Both the position numbers and the translations under genes were made by a program. Shown here one piece after another: positions 13,176-26,594 of a stretch of 54,734 bases of DNA; position 1 is the stretch's first letter; every line of letters begins with the position of its first letter. The notes below the pieces were generated by a model. The model saw only the letters and a program-made list of their open reading frames with translations. It did not search any database and was not told where the DNA came from. Where the stretch lies: the NCBI RefSeq assembly GCF_004010195.1, contig NC_057749.1, positions 12,093,282 to 12,148,015 on the forward strand. Reading direction: 5' to 3'. This stretch comes from Chiloscyllium plagiosum. Taxonomy: Eukaryota.

Positions 13176-13683
13176 ATGAAGTACTGACGACAGCATTTAT
13201 GGCATTCTGCACTGCAGCTCATTTGTATTTTGAAGAAACATCACAAAGTGCTAATAGTAAACAACTATATTCATTTTGGTGAAGAATTCTCTAACTTGTT
13301 GCTCAAGTTTAACTGGACCTTTAACAGTTTTAAATTATCAGTAATTTTTGGAACTACCTTGAAAAAAGCATCACTAGCATTGGTATTACTGGCTTTTACC
13401 CAGTTCCAATGAGATTAAAATATCAAAGTTTAAACTCTACGGAAAACAGCAAAGTAATTTGAAAACAGCAAATCTGCTATAAGCAAACGTCATTGTTTCA
13501 GGACTAGAGGAACAAGAGAAGGAACAACAGAATGATAAAAATATGGACATCTTACAATAATGAATTGGAATACATTTGACTCAAGCATTTGTCTGGTTTA
13601 ACAAAACGTGTTGCTCAACAGCTGTCAACGAACATAAACTGAGTGACATCTTTTACTTTTACAAACAATGGACTAAATTGTAA

Positions 13684-13837
13684 TAAAAACAGGAATTGCT
13701 GGAGAAACTCAGCAGGTCTGGCAGGATCTGTGGTGAGAAAGCAAAGTCAACATTTCAGGTCCAGTGAGTCTTTAAAAGTTCTGAACAAGGATCATTTCTC
13801 ACCACAGATGCTGCCAGATTTGCTCCGTTTCTTCAGC
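13684..13837. repeat. Short fold-back repeat related to PLE termini
   Basis: gctggagaaactcagcaggtctggcagg...ctgtggtgagaaa pairs with tttctcaccacagatgctgccagatttgctc; related to 41590-41640. Confidence 0.6.
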
Positions 13838-14109
13838 TAAAGTATATAAACTCCACCTCTCCCTCCAACACAAACCGACTGTAAATATAACACAACATGG
13901 CAGGCAATATGACCTCTAATTTTACTCTTGCTGCATAGCAATATCTGGGCTCCAACTTCACCTTTATTTGTATATGGCTGAAGAAGTGGGAGGCAGATCT
14001 TGCACTTCTCCATATTAGTGTGCTGTGGCTCAGGATGAAAACACAATCAATTCACACATCAGCTGCTGTGAAACTTTAAAATACAAAGTGGAGAGTTTTT
14101 CCTCTGACA

Positions 14110-15547
14110 CCATTACAAAGGGATCTTGATCAAATGGGTCAATGAGCTGAAAAATGACAGATGGAGTTCAATTTGGATAAGTACAAGGTATTGCATTTCG
14201 GTACAATAAACACAGGCAGGACTTATACAATTAACGGTTGGGACTTGGATGGTGTTGCAGAACAGAGAAGGACTTGGGTTCAGGTACACAATTCTTTGAA
14301 GTTTGCATCACATATAGACAGCGTGGATAAAAAGGTATTTAGCACGTTTGTCTTCATTGCTCAGTCCTTTGAGTACAGGGGTTGGGAAGACATGTTGCGG
14401 TTGCACAGGACATTGGTGAGGTCTCTTCTGGAGTACTGTGCGCAGTTCTGGTTGGCCAGTTGGAAGGATTTTATTAAGCTGGACAGGATTCACAACAGAT
14501 CTACAAAGGATGCTGCCAGATATGGCTTGAGTTATAAAGAAAAGCTGAATAGACTGAGACTGGAACGTAGAAGGTTGAGAGGTAACCTTAACGAAATTTA
14601 TAAAATCATAAGGGGTAAAGATAGGATTAATAGGTGGCGTTTTTTCCCCCCGAGGATAGGAAATTTCAAGACTAGGGGCACATTTTTAAGGTGAGAGGAG
14701 AGAGATTTAAGACAGACATGAGGGACTTTTTTTTAAACAAAGAGGATGGTTCGTATATGGAATGAATTTCCTGAGAAAGTGGTGGATGTCGGCACAGTTA
14801 CAATGTTTAAAAGACACTGAGGTAAGTACATGAATGAGAAATGTAGGAAGGATGTAGGAGCAGGAAGGTGGGACTCGCTTAGCTTGAGATATGTTTGGCA
14901 TGGTTGGACTGAAAGAGAAAGCGAGGACTGCAGGTGCTGGAGATCAGAGTTGAAAAGTGTGGTGCTGGAAAAGCACAGTAGGTGCAACAGCATCCAAGAA
15001 GTAGGAGAATCGACAGTTTGGACATAAGCCCTTCATTAGGAATGTGTGCGGTGGGGGGAGAAGGAAGAGAGAAGGGCGCTGAGACATAAATGGGGGTGGG
15101 GGGGGCGGAGGTAGCTGGGTGGAGGGTTGAGCGGACAGGTTAGACAGTTCAGACAGTTCAAGAGGGTGGTGCTGAGTTGGAGCGTTGGATCTGGGATGAG
15201 GTATGAGGAGGGGAGATGAGGAAACTGGTGAAATCGACGTTAATGCCGGGTGGTTAGAGGGTCCCAAAGCGGAAGAGGAGATGTTCTTATATGTCCTTGG
15301 CAGAGTGGGAAGGGGAATTGAAGTGGTCGGCCACAGGGCGGTGGGTTGCTTGGTCCGTGTGTCCCAGAGATGTTCCCTGAAACATTCCACAAGTTGGTGT
15401 CCTATCTCCCCAATATGGAAACCATCAAGAGTAACAGACGCAGGAAAATCTCTGCGGATGTTGAAGGATCCTTTGTGGCCTTGGATGGAGGTGAGGGGGA
15501 TTAAACGTTGGACTGAAGGGTCTGTTTCTGTGCTGTATGACTCTAAG
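14110..15547 (+). mobile_element. CR1 3' fragment, tail interrupted by a PLE piece
   Basis: MEFNLDKYKVLHFG...LVRSLLEYCAQFW...LERRRLRGNL; tail resumes at 15507. Confidence 0.88.
14914..15506 (-). mobile_element. PLE 3' fragment (GIY-YIG remnant, degenerate hammerhead)
   Basis: TSD GTTGGACTGAA at 14903-14913 and 15507-15517; minus-strand HIGEIGHQLVECFREHL. Confidence 0.8.
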
Positions 15548-15564
15548 TGCTTAACTTTTATCTC

Positions 15565-16205
15565 AGAGTCATAAGAGATGTACAGCACGGAAACAGACCC
15601 TTCGGTCCAAACCATCCATGCCGACCAGATATCCCAATCCAATCTCGTCCTACCTGCCAGCACCCGGCCCATATCCCTCCAAACTCTTCCCATTCATATA
15701 CCCATCCAAATGCCTCTTAAATGTTGCAATTGTACCAGCATCCACCACTTCCTCTGGCAGCTCATTCCATACACGTACCATCCTCTGCGCCAAAACGTTG
15801 GCCCTTAGGTCTCTTTTATATCTTTCCCCTCTCACCCTAAACCTATGCCCTCTAGTTCTGGACTCCCCGACCCCAGCGAAAAGACTTTGTCTATTTATCC
15901 TATCCATACCCCTCATAATTTTGTACTGTGACTCCACTTTCAAGGAGCTGTAAACCTGCATTCCAAGGTCTCTTTGTTCAGCAACACTCCCTACGACCTT
16001 ACCATGAAGTGTATAAGCCCTGCTAAGACTTGCTTTTCCAAAATGCAGCACCTCGCATTTATCTGAATTAAACTCCATTTGCCACTTCTCAGCCCACTGG
16101 CCCAGATCCTGTTGTAATCTGAGGTAACCCTCTTCGCTGTCCACTACACCTCCAATTTTGGTGTCATCTGCAAACTTACCAACTGTACCTCTTATGCTCG
16201 CATCC
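15565..16205 (-). mobile_element. CR1 3' fragment with internal deletion
   Basis: KFADDTKIGG...WQMEFNSDKCEVLHFG...RTRGHRFRVRG; tail ...ctgtacatctcttatgactct. Confidence 0.9.
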
Positions 16206-18906
16206 TGGGACTTCGATGTTGTGGCCATTTTGGAGACATGGATAGAGCAGGGACAGGAATGGTTGTTGCAGGTTCCAGGATTTAGAAGTTTCAGTAAGAA
16301 CAGAAGATGGTAGAGTGGGGGGGTGGCATTCTTGGTCAAGGACAGTATTACAGTTGCAGAAAGGATGTTTGGGGACTCGTCAATTGAGGTAGTATGGGCT
16401 GAGGTTACAAACACGAAAGGAGAGGTCACCCTGTTGAGAGTTTTCTATAGGCCTCCGAATAGTTCCAGAGATGCAGAGGAAAGGATAGCAAAGATGATTC
16501 TTAATAGGGGTGAGAGAGACAGGGTAGTTGTCATGGGGGACTTCAACTTTCCAAATATTGACTGGGAACACTATAGATGGGTCAGTTTTTATCCAATGTG
16601 TGCTGGAAGGCTTCCTGACACAGTATGTAGACAGGCCAAGAAGGGGCAAAGCCACATTAGATTTGGTACTGGATAATGAGCCCGGCCAGGTGTTAGACTT
16701 GGAAGTAGGTGAGCACTTTGGTGATAGCGACCACAATTCTGTTATGTTTAGTTTAGTGATAGAAAGGGATAGGTGTATACCACTGGGCAAGAGGTACAGC
16801 TGGGGGAAAGGCAATTACAATGCGATTAGGCAAGATTTAGGAAGCATAGGATGGGGAAGGAAACTGCAGGGGATGGGCACATTAGAAATGTGGACCTTAT
16901 TCAAGGAAAAGCTCCTGTGTGTCCTAGATAAGTATGTACCTGTCAGGCAGGGAGGAAGGTGTAGAGCACGGGAGCAATGGTTTATGAAGGAAGTGGAATC
17001 TCTGGTCAAGAGGAAGAAGGCGGCTTTTGTTAGGGGGAGATGTGAAGGCTCAGTTAGGACGCTTGAGGGTTACAAGGTGGCCAGGAAAGACCTAAAGAGA
17101 GAGCTCAGAAGAGTCAGGAGGAGACATGAGAAGTTGTTGGCGGATAGGATCCGGGTAAACCCTAAGGCTTTCTATAGGTATTTAAGGAATAAAAGAATGA
17201 CGAGAGTAAGATTAGGGCCAATCAAGGATAGTAGTGGGAAGTTGTGTGTGGAGTCAGAGGAGACAGGGGAAGCACTAAATGATTATTTTTCGACAGCATT
17301 CACTCTAGAAAACGACAATGTTGTCGAGGAGAATCCTGAGATACAGGCTACTAGACTAGGTGGGATTGAGGTTCACAAGGAAGAGGTATTAGAAATACTG
17401 CAGAGTGTGAAAATAGGTAAGTCCCCGGGCCGGATGGGATTTATCCTGGGATCCTCTGGGAAGTCAGGGAGGAGATTGCCCAGTCTTTGGCATTGACCTT
17501 TAAATCATCATTGTCTACAGGAATGGTGCCAGAAGACTGGAAGATAGCAAATGTGGTTCCCCTGTTCAAGAAGGGGAGTAGAGACAACCCAGGTAATTAT
17601 AAACCAGTGAGCCTTACTTCAGTTGTTGGTAAAGTGTTGGAAAAGGTTATAAGAGATAGGATTTATAATCATCCAGAAAAGAATAATCTGATTAGTGACA
17701 GCACGGTTTTGTGAAGGGTAGGTCATGCCTCACAAACCTTACTGAGTTCTTTGAGAAGGTGACCAAACAGGTAGATGAGAGTAAATCGGTTGATGTGGTG
17801 TATACGGATTTCAGCAAGGCGTTCGAGAAGGTTCCCCACAGTAGCCTATTGTACAAAATGCGGAAGAATGGGATTGTGGGAGATAAAGCAGTTTGGATCA
17901 GTAATTGGCTTGCTGAAAGAAGACAGAGGGTGGCAGTTGATGGGAAAATGTTCATCCTGGAGTCCAGTTACCAGTGGTGTACCGCAAGGGTCAGTGTTGG
18001 GTCCACTGCTGTTCGTCATTTTTATAACGACCTGGATGATGGCGTAGAAGGGTGGGTTAGTAAATATGCAGACGACACTAAGGTTGGTGGAGTTGTGGAT
18101 AGTGACGAAGGTTACAGAGAGACATAGATAAACTGCACAGCTGGGCTGAGAGGTGGCAAATGGAATTTAATGCAGACGAGTGTGAGGTGATTCACTTTGG
18201 TCAGAGTAACCGAAATGCAAAGTACTGGGCTAATGGTAAGATACTTGGTAGTGTAAATGAGCAGAGATCTTGGTGTCCAAGTACACAGATCCTTGAAAGT
18301 TGCCACCCACGTTGACAGAGTTGTTAAGAAGGCATACAGTGTTTTAGCTTTTATTAATAGAGGGATCGAGTTCCGGAACCATGAGGTTATGCTATAGTTG
18401 TACAAAACTCTGGGGCAGCCACACTTGTGGAGTATTGTGTACAGTTCTGGTCACCGCATTATAAGAAGGATGTGGAAGCTTTAGAAAGGGTGCAAAGCAG
18501 ATTTACTAGGATGTTGCCTGGTACGAGGAAAGGCTGAGGGACTTGCAGCTGTTTTCATTAGAGAGAAGGTTGAGAGATGACTTAATAGAGACATACAAGA
18601 TAATCAGAGGGTTAGATAAGGTGGACAGGGAGAGCCTTTTTGCAGCGATGGTGACGGCAAGCACGAGGGAGCATAGCTTTAAATTGAGGGGTGATAGATT
18701 TAGGACAGATGTCAGAGGTAGTTTCTTTACTCGGAGTAGTAAGGGTATGGAATGCTTTGCCTGCAACGGTAGTAGATTCACCAACTTTAAGTACATTTAA
18801 GTCGTCATTGGACAAGCACATGAACGTACATGGAATAGTGTAGGTTAGATGGGCTTCAGATTGGTATGACAGGTCAGCACAACATTGAGGGCCGAAGGGC
18901 CTGTAC

Positions 18907-20034
18907 CGTTGTGGTCCTGTTCGCCGAGCTGGGAATTTGTGTTACAGACATTTCGTCCCCTGTCTAGGTGACATCCTCAGTGCTTGGGAGCCTCCTGTGA
19001 TCTTTCCTCCGGCATTTGTAGTGGTTTGAATCTGCCGCTTCCGGTTGTCAGTTCCAGCTGTCTGCTGCAGTGGTCGGTATATTGGGTCCAGGTCGATGTG
19101 CTTATTGATTGAATCTGTGGATGAGTCCCATGTCTCTAGGAATTCCCTGGCTGTCCTGTTTGGCTTGTCCTGAAGAAGGGCTTATGCCCGAAACGTCGAT
19201 TCTCCTGTTCCCTGGATGCTGCCTGACCTGCTGCGCTTTTCCAGCAACACATTTCCAGCTCTGATCTCCAGCATCTGCAGACCTCACTTTCTCCTCTTGT
19301 CCTATAATAGTAGTGTTGTCCCAGTCAAATTCATGTTGCTTGTCATCTGAGTGTGTGGCTACTAAGGATAGCTGGTCGTGTCGTTTCATGGCTAGTTGGT
19401 GTTCATGGATGCGGATCGTTAGCTGTCTTCCTGTTTGTCCTATGTAGTGTTTTGTGCAGTCCTTGCATGGGATTTCGTACACTACGTTGGTTTTGTTCAT
19501 GCTGGGTATCGGGTCCTTCGTTCTGGTGAGTTGTTGTCTGAGAGTGGCTGTTGGTTTGTGTGCTGTTATGAGTCCTCGTGGTCGCAATAGTCTGGCTCAG
19601 TTCGGAAATGCTCCATGAACACAAACTAGCCACGAAACGACACGACCAGCTATCCTTAGTAGCCACACACGCAGATGACAAGCAACATGAATTCGACTGG
19701 GACAACACTACTATTATAGGACAAGCCAAACAGAGAACAGCCAGGGAATTCCTAGAGGCATGGCACTCATCCACAGATTCAATCAATAAGCACATTGACC
19801 TGGACCCAATATACCGACCACTGCAGCGGACAGCTGGAACTGACAACCGGAAGCTGCAGATTCAAACCACTATAAATGCCGGAGGGAAGATCACAGATAC
19901 GCTTCACAGGAGGCTCCCAAGCACTGAGGATGTCACCAAGACAGAGGACGAAACGTCTGCAACATAAATTCCCAACTCGGCGAACAGAACCACAACAACG
20001 AGCACCCGAGCTACAAATCTTCTCACAAACTTGG
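18907..20034. mobile_element. Penelope-like element with inverted (fold-back) arms
   Basis: Minus arm encodes GIY-YIG TNVVYEIPCKDCTKHYIGQTGRQLTIRIHEH; plus arm (~19612-20034) repeats the 3' part in inverse; TSD AGGGCCTGTAC at 18896-18906 and 20035-20045; hammerhead motifs at 18944-18983 (-) and 19921-19960 (+). Confidence 0.92.
19172..19295 (+). mobile_element. Short hammerhead-bearing insertion nested in the Penelope arm
   Basis: Duplication CTTGTCCT at 19164-19171 and 19296-19303; motif GTC-CTGAAGA-A-GGGC-TTAT-GCCC-GAAACGTC-GAT at 19167-19200. Confidence 0.85.
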
Positions 20035-20228
20035 AGGGCCTGTACTGTGCTGTAATGTTCTGCATTCTATGTAAATTTATCTGGTGCGTTACCATGTGTC
20101 AATTCTAAGGTTCCATAAGAATGGACATGACAGGTCACTCTAATTTCATTATGTTGTTTCACCTAGTGGAATACTGAAACATAGAAAAATTTACCTTGAA
20201 AGATTAAAACAAAAGAAAAGGCAGACTA

Positions 20229-20399
<171 letters not shown>

Positions 20400-21269
20400 T
20401 CACAGTATCTTACAAATTCACAAGGTAAACCTTTCCTTTAAATCAAACTTTATCGTTCTTGTTCTAGTCAAGATGAAGGATACATGGAAGACGACTTTTA
20501 ATTGCAGTATTCAATGTCAGCATCAAGCAGACCCAAATCAGGGAAAGCAAGGTGAGATGCAAACTAAATTTTTTTCCTCTTAGGTCATGAAGCGTCTCAG
20601 TATTAGCCTCATGTCTTTTTATTCTAATTCCAGACCAACAACAGGTATCCTTGTTAATTTGGAGTTATATCAGGGACAGTTTTGTGCTACGAGTCCACAT
20701 CTTGAAGGAACTGGGCTCAGATTGTTTAAAAACATTTCACATAGGACTCTCACAGCTAGAACAGAGATGACTTTTCATTTAAACAATTTGGGCCGACATT
20801 TAATCCATTGAACCCCCAACCAAATTCTCAGACAAACATTTATTCTTTATGATTTATGGGTGCTAACATTTTCCTGTAAGCACTCTACCAACAGACACTT
20901 TTCAAGTTACTAAAGTTACCTCTGAATCTACAAATGGATACAGCTGGTAACATAAAACTTCTAGCATGAAATATACCTAATGAAAGAAACCTGTACATCT
21001 CAGACTTATGAATTGCAAAATGATACACATCTTTAAGTGAAGGTAATGCATTTGAGAATGACTCATGTTTGAAGAATTGACATAAGAGTATTTTGTCATC
21101 AGCTGAAATGCTTTCCATCCTGATGCTTGGATACTGCATTAATGACACAATTTTATTATGAGTCTTCCGTCATTTTAGGTTTTTCTCTCTCAGCACTGTG
21201 CACTGTTTTGCAGGTGTTAATGCTGCAGTAAGATGAGAAAGCATGGTCCAAGATAAATTGACCAGACGA

Positions 21270-23185
21270 ATCCAGAGTATTGGGATTGGGAAGCTTAGAA
21301 AAACCAACAGAGGGCAATGAAAAAAGAAATGAGGAGGGAGAAGATTAAATAGGAGGGTAAGCTAGCCAGTAATATAAAGGAAGACTGTAAGAGTTTCTTT
21401 CGATATGTAAAGAGCAAAGGAAAGGGAAAAGTGGACACTGAGCCGCTGGAAAATGACACTGGAGTGTTAGTAGTGGGAAACAAGGAAATGACTGAGGAAC
21501 TGAATAATTACTTTCCATCAGTCTTCACAGTGGAAGACATGAGTAATATCCCAAAGATTCAAGAGAGAGTGAGAGGGCAGCACTGATTATGGTGACCAAC
21601 ACCAAGGAGAATGTGCCAGAAAAACTGAACAGTCTGAAGGTGGATAAATCAACTGGATCATTTGGGCTAAGGGAGAAAGCTGAAGAGATAGTGGAGGCGT
21701 TAGCAGTGATCTTTCTGGAATCGTGACAAACAGGAAGGGTCCCAAAGGACTGGAAAAATGCTAATGTAACACCCCTATTTAAAAAGAGAGTAAGGCAAAA
21801 GATGGAAATTTACAGACCAATTAGCCTAAACTTGATCGTGGGTAAGTTCCTGGAATCCATTGTGAATGATGAGCTTGCTGAATACTTGGAAGTATACGGT
21901 AAAATAGGGCAAAGTCGGCATGGTTTCATCAGGGGGTGGTTATGCCTGACCAATCTGTTAAAATTCTTTAAGGAAGTAATGAGCAGGTTAGACCAATGGA
22001 GAGCCAATGGATGTTATCTACCTGGATTTCAAGAAGGTCTTTGACAAGGTGCTGCACAGGAGGCTGAGTAAGATAAAGGCCCAAGTTGTCAGGGGCAAGG
22101 TGATGGTGTGGATAGACACCTGGCTGTCTGGCAGAAAGCAGACAGTGGGGATAAAAGGGTCCTTCACAGGATGGCAGCTAGTGACAACTGGTGTTCTGCA
22201 AGGCTAAGTGTTGGGATCACAATGTTTCACTTTGTACATTAACGATCTAGATGAAGAAACTGAGGGCATTCTAGCTAAGTGTGCAGACAATACAAAGATG
22301 GGTAGAGGGGCAGGTAGCATTGAAGAGGCGGGGAGGCTGCAGAAGAATTTGGAGAGGTTAGGAGAGTAGGCAAAGAAGTGGCAGATGGAATACAACATTG
22401 GAAAGTGTGGGGTCATGCACTTTTGTAGGAAGAATAGAGGCTTGGACTATTTTCTAAATGGGGAGAAAATTCAGAATTCTGAAGTTCAAAGAGACTTGGG
22501 AGTTCTCGTCCAGGATTCTCTCAAAGTAAACTTGCAGGTTGAGTCAGTAGTTAGGAAGGCAAATGCAATGATGGCATTTATTTTGAGGGTACTTGAATAT
22601 AAAAACAGGAATATACTTCTGTGGCTCTGCAAGGCTCTGGTCAGACCACATTTAGAGTATTGTGTGCAGTTTTGGGCTCCAGATCTCATGGCCCTGGAGC
22701 ATGTTTAGAGGAGGTTCACAAGAATGGTCCCAGGAATGAAAAGCTTAACTTACAAGGAATGTTTGAGCACTCTGGGATTATACTCAAAGGAGTCCAGAAG
22801 GATGAGGGGGGACCTGATTGAAGCTTCCAGAATACTGAATAGCCTGGACAGAGTGGATGCTGGGAAGATTTTCCATTGGTAGGAGAGATGAGGACCCGAG
22901 GGCACAGTTTTAGAGTAAAGGGAAGACCTTTTAGAATAGAGGTGAGGAGAAACCTCTTCAGCCAGAAAGTGGTGAATCTATGGAATTCATTGCCACAGTA
23001 GAGGCCAGGTCACTGAGTATATTTAAGACTGAGATAGGTAGGTTTTTAATTATCATGGGGATTGATGGTTATGGGGAGAAAGTGGGAGAATAGGGTTGAG
23101 AAACTGATCAGCCATAATTGAATGGTGGACCAGACTGTGTGGGCTGAATGGCCTAATTATTGCTCCTACGTCTTATGATCTTATT
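21270..23185 (+). mobile_element. CR1 LINE RT region (second subfamily), decayed
   Basis: YRPISL, DVIYLDFKKVFDKV, MEYNIGKCGVMHF, LVRPHLEYCVQFW; tail gggctgaatggcct...cttatgatctta. Confidence 0.9.
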
Positions 23186-23714
23186 TTCAACTCCTTTCCC
23201 AAGGGTGCAACCTGAACTCCACTCTCATACCTTCACCATGATTGTTTATGGTCAATTTGAAATAAACTGTTCAAAGTTTGAGAAGTAAACCAACATTGCA
23301 CTATCCCGAGCTCATGATCCTTATATGAAAGTAACAGCAGAATGTATTCTGTTGCCCATTAATGCCAGCAGGGAAACATTTTCGCAAGTGCTCCAGTGAT
23401 TTTACTCCTCCAAATACATGCTGAAAGTAGGTTTCCTCCTCCAAAAGCAGTAGCATTCAGACAATAAGAGGATGAAGAGCCTCTTCAGCAGTTTACATTC
23501 TTATTTTATAGAACAGTACTACAAAATTAAATGAGATTATGTGCACAATTTCTACTCATGACATATTCTGTCCATTGTCACAGCTACCTTTAATTCGTCT
23601 GCTTACTAAGAAATCTCACAGACAATGAAATACTGAAATAATTACCTAAACTTCATGCATGAACCAACCAAAATAAGACCCCTCAAGTAAGCAAGCTAAA
23701 CCTTTCAACTCAGA

Positions 23715-24650
23715 GGGAGAACTAGCTATTTGGATACTGGCTCAAAAGGTAGAAGACAGAGTGGTGATGGAGGGTTGCTTGTCAGACTGGAGGCCTGTGA
23801 CCAGTGGTGTGCCACAAGGATCGGTGCTGGGCCCTCTGCTTTTCGTCATTTATATAAATGATCTGGATGTGAACATTGGTTATTAAGTTTGCAGATGACA
23901 CCAAAATTGGAAGTATAACGGACAGCGAAGGTTAACTCAGAGGAAGAAGGGATCTTGTCAGATGGGAGGAATTGGGAGGGGTGTTGCATTTTGGAAAAGC
24001 AAATCAGGGCAGGACTTATACATTTAATGGTAAGGGTCTGAGGAGTGTTGCTGAACAAACAAATCTTGGAGCACACATTCATAGTGCCTTGAAGGTGGAG
24101 TTGAAGATAGATAGGATAATGAAGTCAGAATTTGGTATGCTTTCCTTTATTGGTCAGTGCATTGAATACAGGAGTTGGGAGGTCAAATTGCAGCTGTACA
24201 GGACATTGGTTAACCTACTTTTAGAATACTGTGGGCAATTTTGGTCTCCCTGCTATAGGAAGGGTGTTGTGAAACTTGAAAGGATTCAGAAAAGATTGCT
24301 TGGATTGGACATTTTGAATTATAGGAAAAGGTTGGATAGGTTGGGGCTATTTTCCCTGGAGGGTCGGAGGCGGAGGGGTGATCTTATACACGTTTATAAA
24401 ATCATAAGGGGCATAGATAGGATGAATAGACAGGGTCCTTTCCCTGGCATGGGGGAGTTCAAAACTGAAGGGCATAGGTTTAAGCTGAGAGGGTGGTATG
24501 TGTATAGAATGAGCTGCCAGAGGAAGTGATGGAGACTGACACAATTACAACATTTAAAGACACCTGGAAAGGTATATGAATAGGAAGGGTTTGGAGGGAT
24601 AGGGTCAAATGCTGGCAAATGGGACTAGATTTATTTAGGTATCAGGATCA
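23715..24650 (+). mobile_element. CR1 LINE 3' fragment
   Basis: [38 protein letters not shown]. Confidence 0.88.
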
Positions 24651-24654
24651 GTTA

Positions 24655-26070
24655 GTTATTCCAAATCATCCAAGGCAATAATAAAACATTCAACAAATAT
24701 TCTGGGACTTCTTTCACCAGTAGCTGGAATTCCAGACAGTGAAGGGCTGTACATGGATGATATCACCATTTTCTGCTTGGATCTGCTGTCAGCGTGTAGG
24801 CTCATAAGCATCTCTGACCAGTTTGAACTGGCAGCCAAGTTAAATTGAGCTAACAATGAGGCCATGTCCTTTGGGAATGAGGCTGACTGATCCTTTATAC
24901 CCTTCACCATTAGGATAAATTATCTAAAGGTGCTGGGCAAATAGGTTGGAGGGGCTGGGGTGTGCACCAAAATGTGGGGGCAGTGTATGATGAAGATGAG
25001 GCAGAAACTGGGCAGCTGGAAGCATTGCTCCATATCCATTGCGGGTAAAATCCTGGTCATCAGGTAGGAGGTATTCTTGGTATTATAATAGGTCTAGCCT
25101 ATTACCTAGGTTTGCACTGCTGTAGTCATCCAAGCCATTTTCCATTTCATCTGGAGGTCAAAGATGGACCGAATCCAAAGGGATACCATATATAATGCTC
25201 ATGAAGAGCAGGGAAGAAGAATGTACACAACACCACCTTCATCCTGATGGCCACTTTCATGGCGACTGCATCAAGCTGTGTGTACACCCTCAGTAGGCAA
25301 GCATCAAGTGTCACTACGTACTGAGCTTCTACCAGTCCCTAGTGTCACGAAGGATGGTCCTGACCTCGTTGCCATGGAATACTCCAAGTACTTGGATCAT
25401 TCCATTTTATCTGTCATTTATGGAGAAATTTGCAAAGATAAACACCTTTGACCACGAGTCCATTAGGAAGTAGCGAGCACGCACCATCCTTGAGACCCTG
25501 CAGGAAAAGGAGTGCGTGGATCCTGTCAGGTGGTTCCCTGAGCAAACCGTCAAAGTCATTTGGCAGAATGCCTCATTGCCAGAATTTTTCAACAAGCAAT
25601 AAGACACCACTTGGCTGGTGGTGAGAAGGTCACGACTTGTCAGATCCTTTGTGTACACCCGGACTCTCTGTGCCACCTCATGTTGCCCTCAAAGCACCTA
25701 AGTAGTTTCTTTTTTTGGGGGGGGGTTAATGAGACTGTCACACAAGTCCTTCTGAAATGTGTCTATGCTGAGGAAGTCTAAAGAGAGGTGCTGTAGTTTT
25801 GTCAAGGTTCATCTTTGATGCAAGATTCTGTGCTCTAAACGTGGTGAAAGACACTCTTCATTCTGCCCAAATGTGTTGACCTTCCAATGCAAAAAGTTGA
25901 CACCAATCAAATGTTGCAGACTGGCACATTCCAAGATCTAGGACTACATGCTGAAGGACACACTAAGCTTAAGGCAGCCACCACAGTCGAAGGTCTTTCT
26001 ACCAACATAAAACGAGGGTCCATTCAGTTATCAGACACTCTTGAGAGCCTCAAATACATGTAAAGAGTTT
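24655..26070 (+). mobile_element. Decayed Tx1/L1-group LINE 3' half
   Basis: LYMDDITI RT motif (~24748), YLKVLG, FHFIWRSKMDRI and a degenerate C-terminal ETV..VLLKC zinc-knuckle region. Confidence 0.7.
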
Positions 26071-26249
26071 CTTACTTAATTAAAAATTGCCTTTGGTTTT
26101 GTTGTGACTATAGAGAAATTATACACAACTATCGATCAATTTTGTTGTAGCTTGTCTTTGAGGGGTGTTACAACGTGACCTATATAATGCTAGAGACTTA
26201 ACTACACTATCTACCCACTGAACTTTGGTTAAATCATGGTCAAATTTTC

Positions 26250-26590
26250 ATAGAATGCCTACAGTGTGAAAGCAGGCCATTCAGCCCAAATCCACACCGA
26301 CTCACTGAATATCATTCCATCTAGCCTCACCCCCCCCTTCCCCCCGCATCTTACCCCGTAACCCTGCATTTCTCATAGCTAATCCACTTAACCTACACAT
26401 CCATGGACACTGTGGGCAATTTAGCATGGCCAATTCACATAACCTGCACGTCTTTGGACTGTGGGAGGAAACCCATGCAGATACGGGGAGAGTGTGCAAG
26501 CTCCAGACAGACAGTTGCCCAGGGGGAATGAAATCAGGGTCCCTGGTGCTGTGAGACAGTAGTGCTTACCACTGAGCTACCATGCCACCC
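26250..26590 (-). mobile_element. HE1-type V-SINE
   Basis: Reverse complement resembles 488-800 (ggtagctcagtggtaagcac head, cctcccacagtccaaagacg, gggctgaatggcctg tail). Confidence 0.85.
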
Positions 26591-26594
26591 CCCT

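Larger units (their letters stand above)
16206..20071 (+). mobile_element. CR1 LINE, most of ORF2 (APE plus RT), disabled; PLE inserted in tail
   Basis: [64 protein letters not shown]; frameshifts; tail ends gttctgcattctatg. Confidence 0.93.

Noticed and set aside
15565..16260. Head-to-head CR1 junction as a twin-priming 5' inversion
   Set aside because: The two parts have different tails and belong to different subfamilies, so they are independent insertions.
16528..17496. Longest ORF (322 aa) as a host gene
   Set aside because: It is a frameshift-bounded piece of CR1 ORF2. The same applies to nearly all other ORF-track entries.
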